From Carcharhinus amblyrhynchos (taxonomy: Eukaryota), in assembly GCA_965287045.1 (NCBI GenBank), contig OZ336874.1, positions 53,630,001-53,694,000 of the forward strand: a DNA stretch of 64,000 nucleotides, in the 5' to 3' direction. Below the pieces are notes generated by a model. The model worked only from the letters and a program-made list of their open reading frames with translations, did no database searches and was not told where the DNA came from. The position numbers were made by a program, and so were the translations under genes. Shown here piece after piece: positions 61,590-64,000 of this stretch (position 1 is its first letter; each line of letters opens with the position of its first letter).

Positions 61590-63058
61590 GTAAGAATTTT
61601 TTTTTAAGACATCAACGCCTGTATTGTTGATGAGTGAGAAAATAGCTCAATTTCTTTTGTCTTTTGAGCTGCTGAGTGTGAACCCAAAATTCCTCAAACG
61701 TTTTAGTGGCCCCTCTCGTAGTAATACATTATTTCTCCACATGGCTTCTGCACACAAGGTTACAGAATTACAATTTTTTATTTGTCTGCCTTCATTACAA
61801 ACGTGGAGTCTCAGTGGAAATGGTACTGAGCACTGAAAAAGCAATTAGGTCTCGCTCAAGCCATTTGTCTTTTTTTTCATTTTTTTTGGCAGAATCCCAT
61901 CAATAATGTGCCGAGAGTAGCTCTGCTTATTCTCTACCTTCCCCGTCATATTCAAGATGACAGTTTTACAGAGTACATTGTTTAAAGTTATTATGTGGTG
62001 TAAAACATGTTGGTTTATTGCAGACTACAGCATACCCGTTAACACTGAAAGAAATAAGTCACAAAACACTGATGTAGAGTTACTCTGAATGAGTATTTAC
62101 TCTGGTAAGCTTTAAATACAGTAGTTCATTCTTTACTAGGTGTAGCTTGTGGGACCAAGTGTTGGACTGTAACTTCTGATGTAATTTCCTGTGCCTGGGA
62201 GGGAGAAAAGTGTGCCATGCCCACAGGGGTTGCTAGCTGCACTGTTTGATTCCAGATACAGCTGAAGACATACAGTTGCCGAGTATCCTGTGGATTAATT
62301 GAATCCAGAGCCTGCGAATCAAATCTTTTTTGTACTCCTGTCACAGTCGTGTTTCATTCAGAAAAGACCTGAAATGGGAGCTTGGCCAGTGTGCTCAAAA
62401 GCAAAGGATTACATATTTTCCATAAAATTCTCTTAACATTCAGCCTTCAAGCACTCCCTCACCCCCACCCCCCACCGATCCCAGCACCCTGAAAAGTGCA
62501 AAAATTGGCAGATGCAGACGGTTCCTTTTGACACTATAGTGCATGCTGCTTTATGTCCGAGATGAATACTCAAAAGATGATTGCCCCCCCAGTGACCCAG
62601 GCAGGATCTCGCTTCTGTCTGTTTCTTGGCGTGGTGCATTTTCCGAATATACCTAGGTCAGGAGAAGCAAGTGCTAGCAAAATTTGTACAGATGTTGTTT
62701 TATTTTTATAGCTCTCCTCCATTTGCTGGGTGGCATTTCCTTCAGTGTTAACAACAGAGGTTAACTGCGCACAGACGTGCACAGGGACTCTTGCCAAATT
62801 TTTTTCTTTCCTTTTTTTTATTGTTATTTTAACTTTCATATTATTTCTATAGATACTTCAATTCTTGAAGAGGACTTGCTACCAAGTGAAGCATTTGTAA
62901 TGTGTTTGGTAGCTTCAAATTGAACTAAAAATTGTTGCAATTCATTCCCTATGTGAAGGCAAGATTGCTTTCCTTAAGCATTATGTTCATGAGTTTTTTT
63001 TTATTGCCCTGTGGCATTAAGACACATTGATTAAAAAAAATCCATGTATTCTAAATAA

Positions 63059-63298
<240 letters not shown>

Positions 63299-63466
63299 TA
63301 ATTTCTTAATCTTAAGTGCTTTCACTGGTGTGGTAGTAACTAATGGTCTTTAAAGTCAATTTTTATTGACAATTTTGAAAAGTGGTGTATTTTTGAGTAT
63401 TTTTTAGCATCAAAAACTAAAAGCAGCAGGGGAAAAAGAATCAGATTTAAATAATAACTAGATTAT

Positions 63467-63602
63467 GGCCGGAATTTTCTGATGTCGTGCAGCTCACAAC
63501 TGCTGCCAGCGAGAACAGAGAATTTGGCACTCTGCCAAATGTCCATTCGTTGCAGCAGGACTGGAGAACCCCAGATGCAGGTGAAGTCAGAAAATCCTGG
63601 CC
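63467..63602. mobile_element. MITE-like element
   Basis: Terminal inverted repeats GGCCGGAATTTTCTGA ... TCAGAAAATCCTGGCC. Confidence 0.65.
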
Positions 63603-64000
63603 TTTATCTGGAGAAGATCAGAGTATAAATAAGCTTTGATCATCACTCTCATGTTGTCATTATTTTATGTCAGCCTACCTAATCATTTATCCCATGTAAT
63701 CCCAACTAATATGCACAATGCGATACAGATTTGTCTTGATATGTGTGATAGACTGTCTTAGCTTATCATACACTCCACACAATCATACCTCATCATGTTA
63801 TGCTACATAATCTTGTCATGTAGTTTATATAAGATTGAACTGAAGCAATTCTATTTTTCACAGTTTGGAACAATTAAAATGAGATTTCATGAAGGCAAAT
63901 ATGTGGTTCCAATTTTGTCAATATCTCAGTTGCCGTACAATTCTACACTAAGTTCCCATACAGTGATACATTTTATTCTATTTAAATGAGAAACAAATGA

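Overview
Vertebrate genomic DNA, most likely a cartilaginous fish (inferred from shark-type CR1/L2 LINEs, V-domain SINEs and Penelope-like repeats). It holds the 5' two-thirds of the Hedgehog receptor gene PTCH1 on the + strand. Seventeen coding exons (8188..63260) join through GT-AG sites into one open frame of 2860 nt (953 codons + 1 nt), and the gene continues past the window end. Upstream are a distal first exon ending in ATG|GTAAGT, a proximal CpG-rich promoter, two perfect GLI sites (a third lies in intron 12) and a leader with overlapping uORFs. The introns contain many decayed retroelements and MITE-like repeats. The most unusual structures are three short Penelope-like fold-back insertions with apparent target-site duplications. 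One is a perfect 88-bp palindrome; another carries minimal hammerhead-ribozyme motifs on both arms, one of them in the sense of the PTCH1 pre-mRNA. No prokaryotic features, CRISPR arrays or RNA genes were found. Repeat boundaries are approximate, and comparisons with human or mouse PTCH1 are from memory and need alignment.
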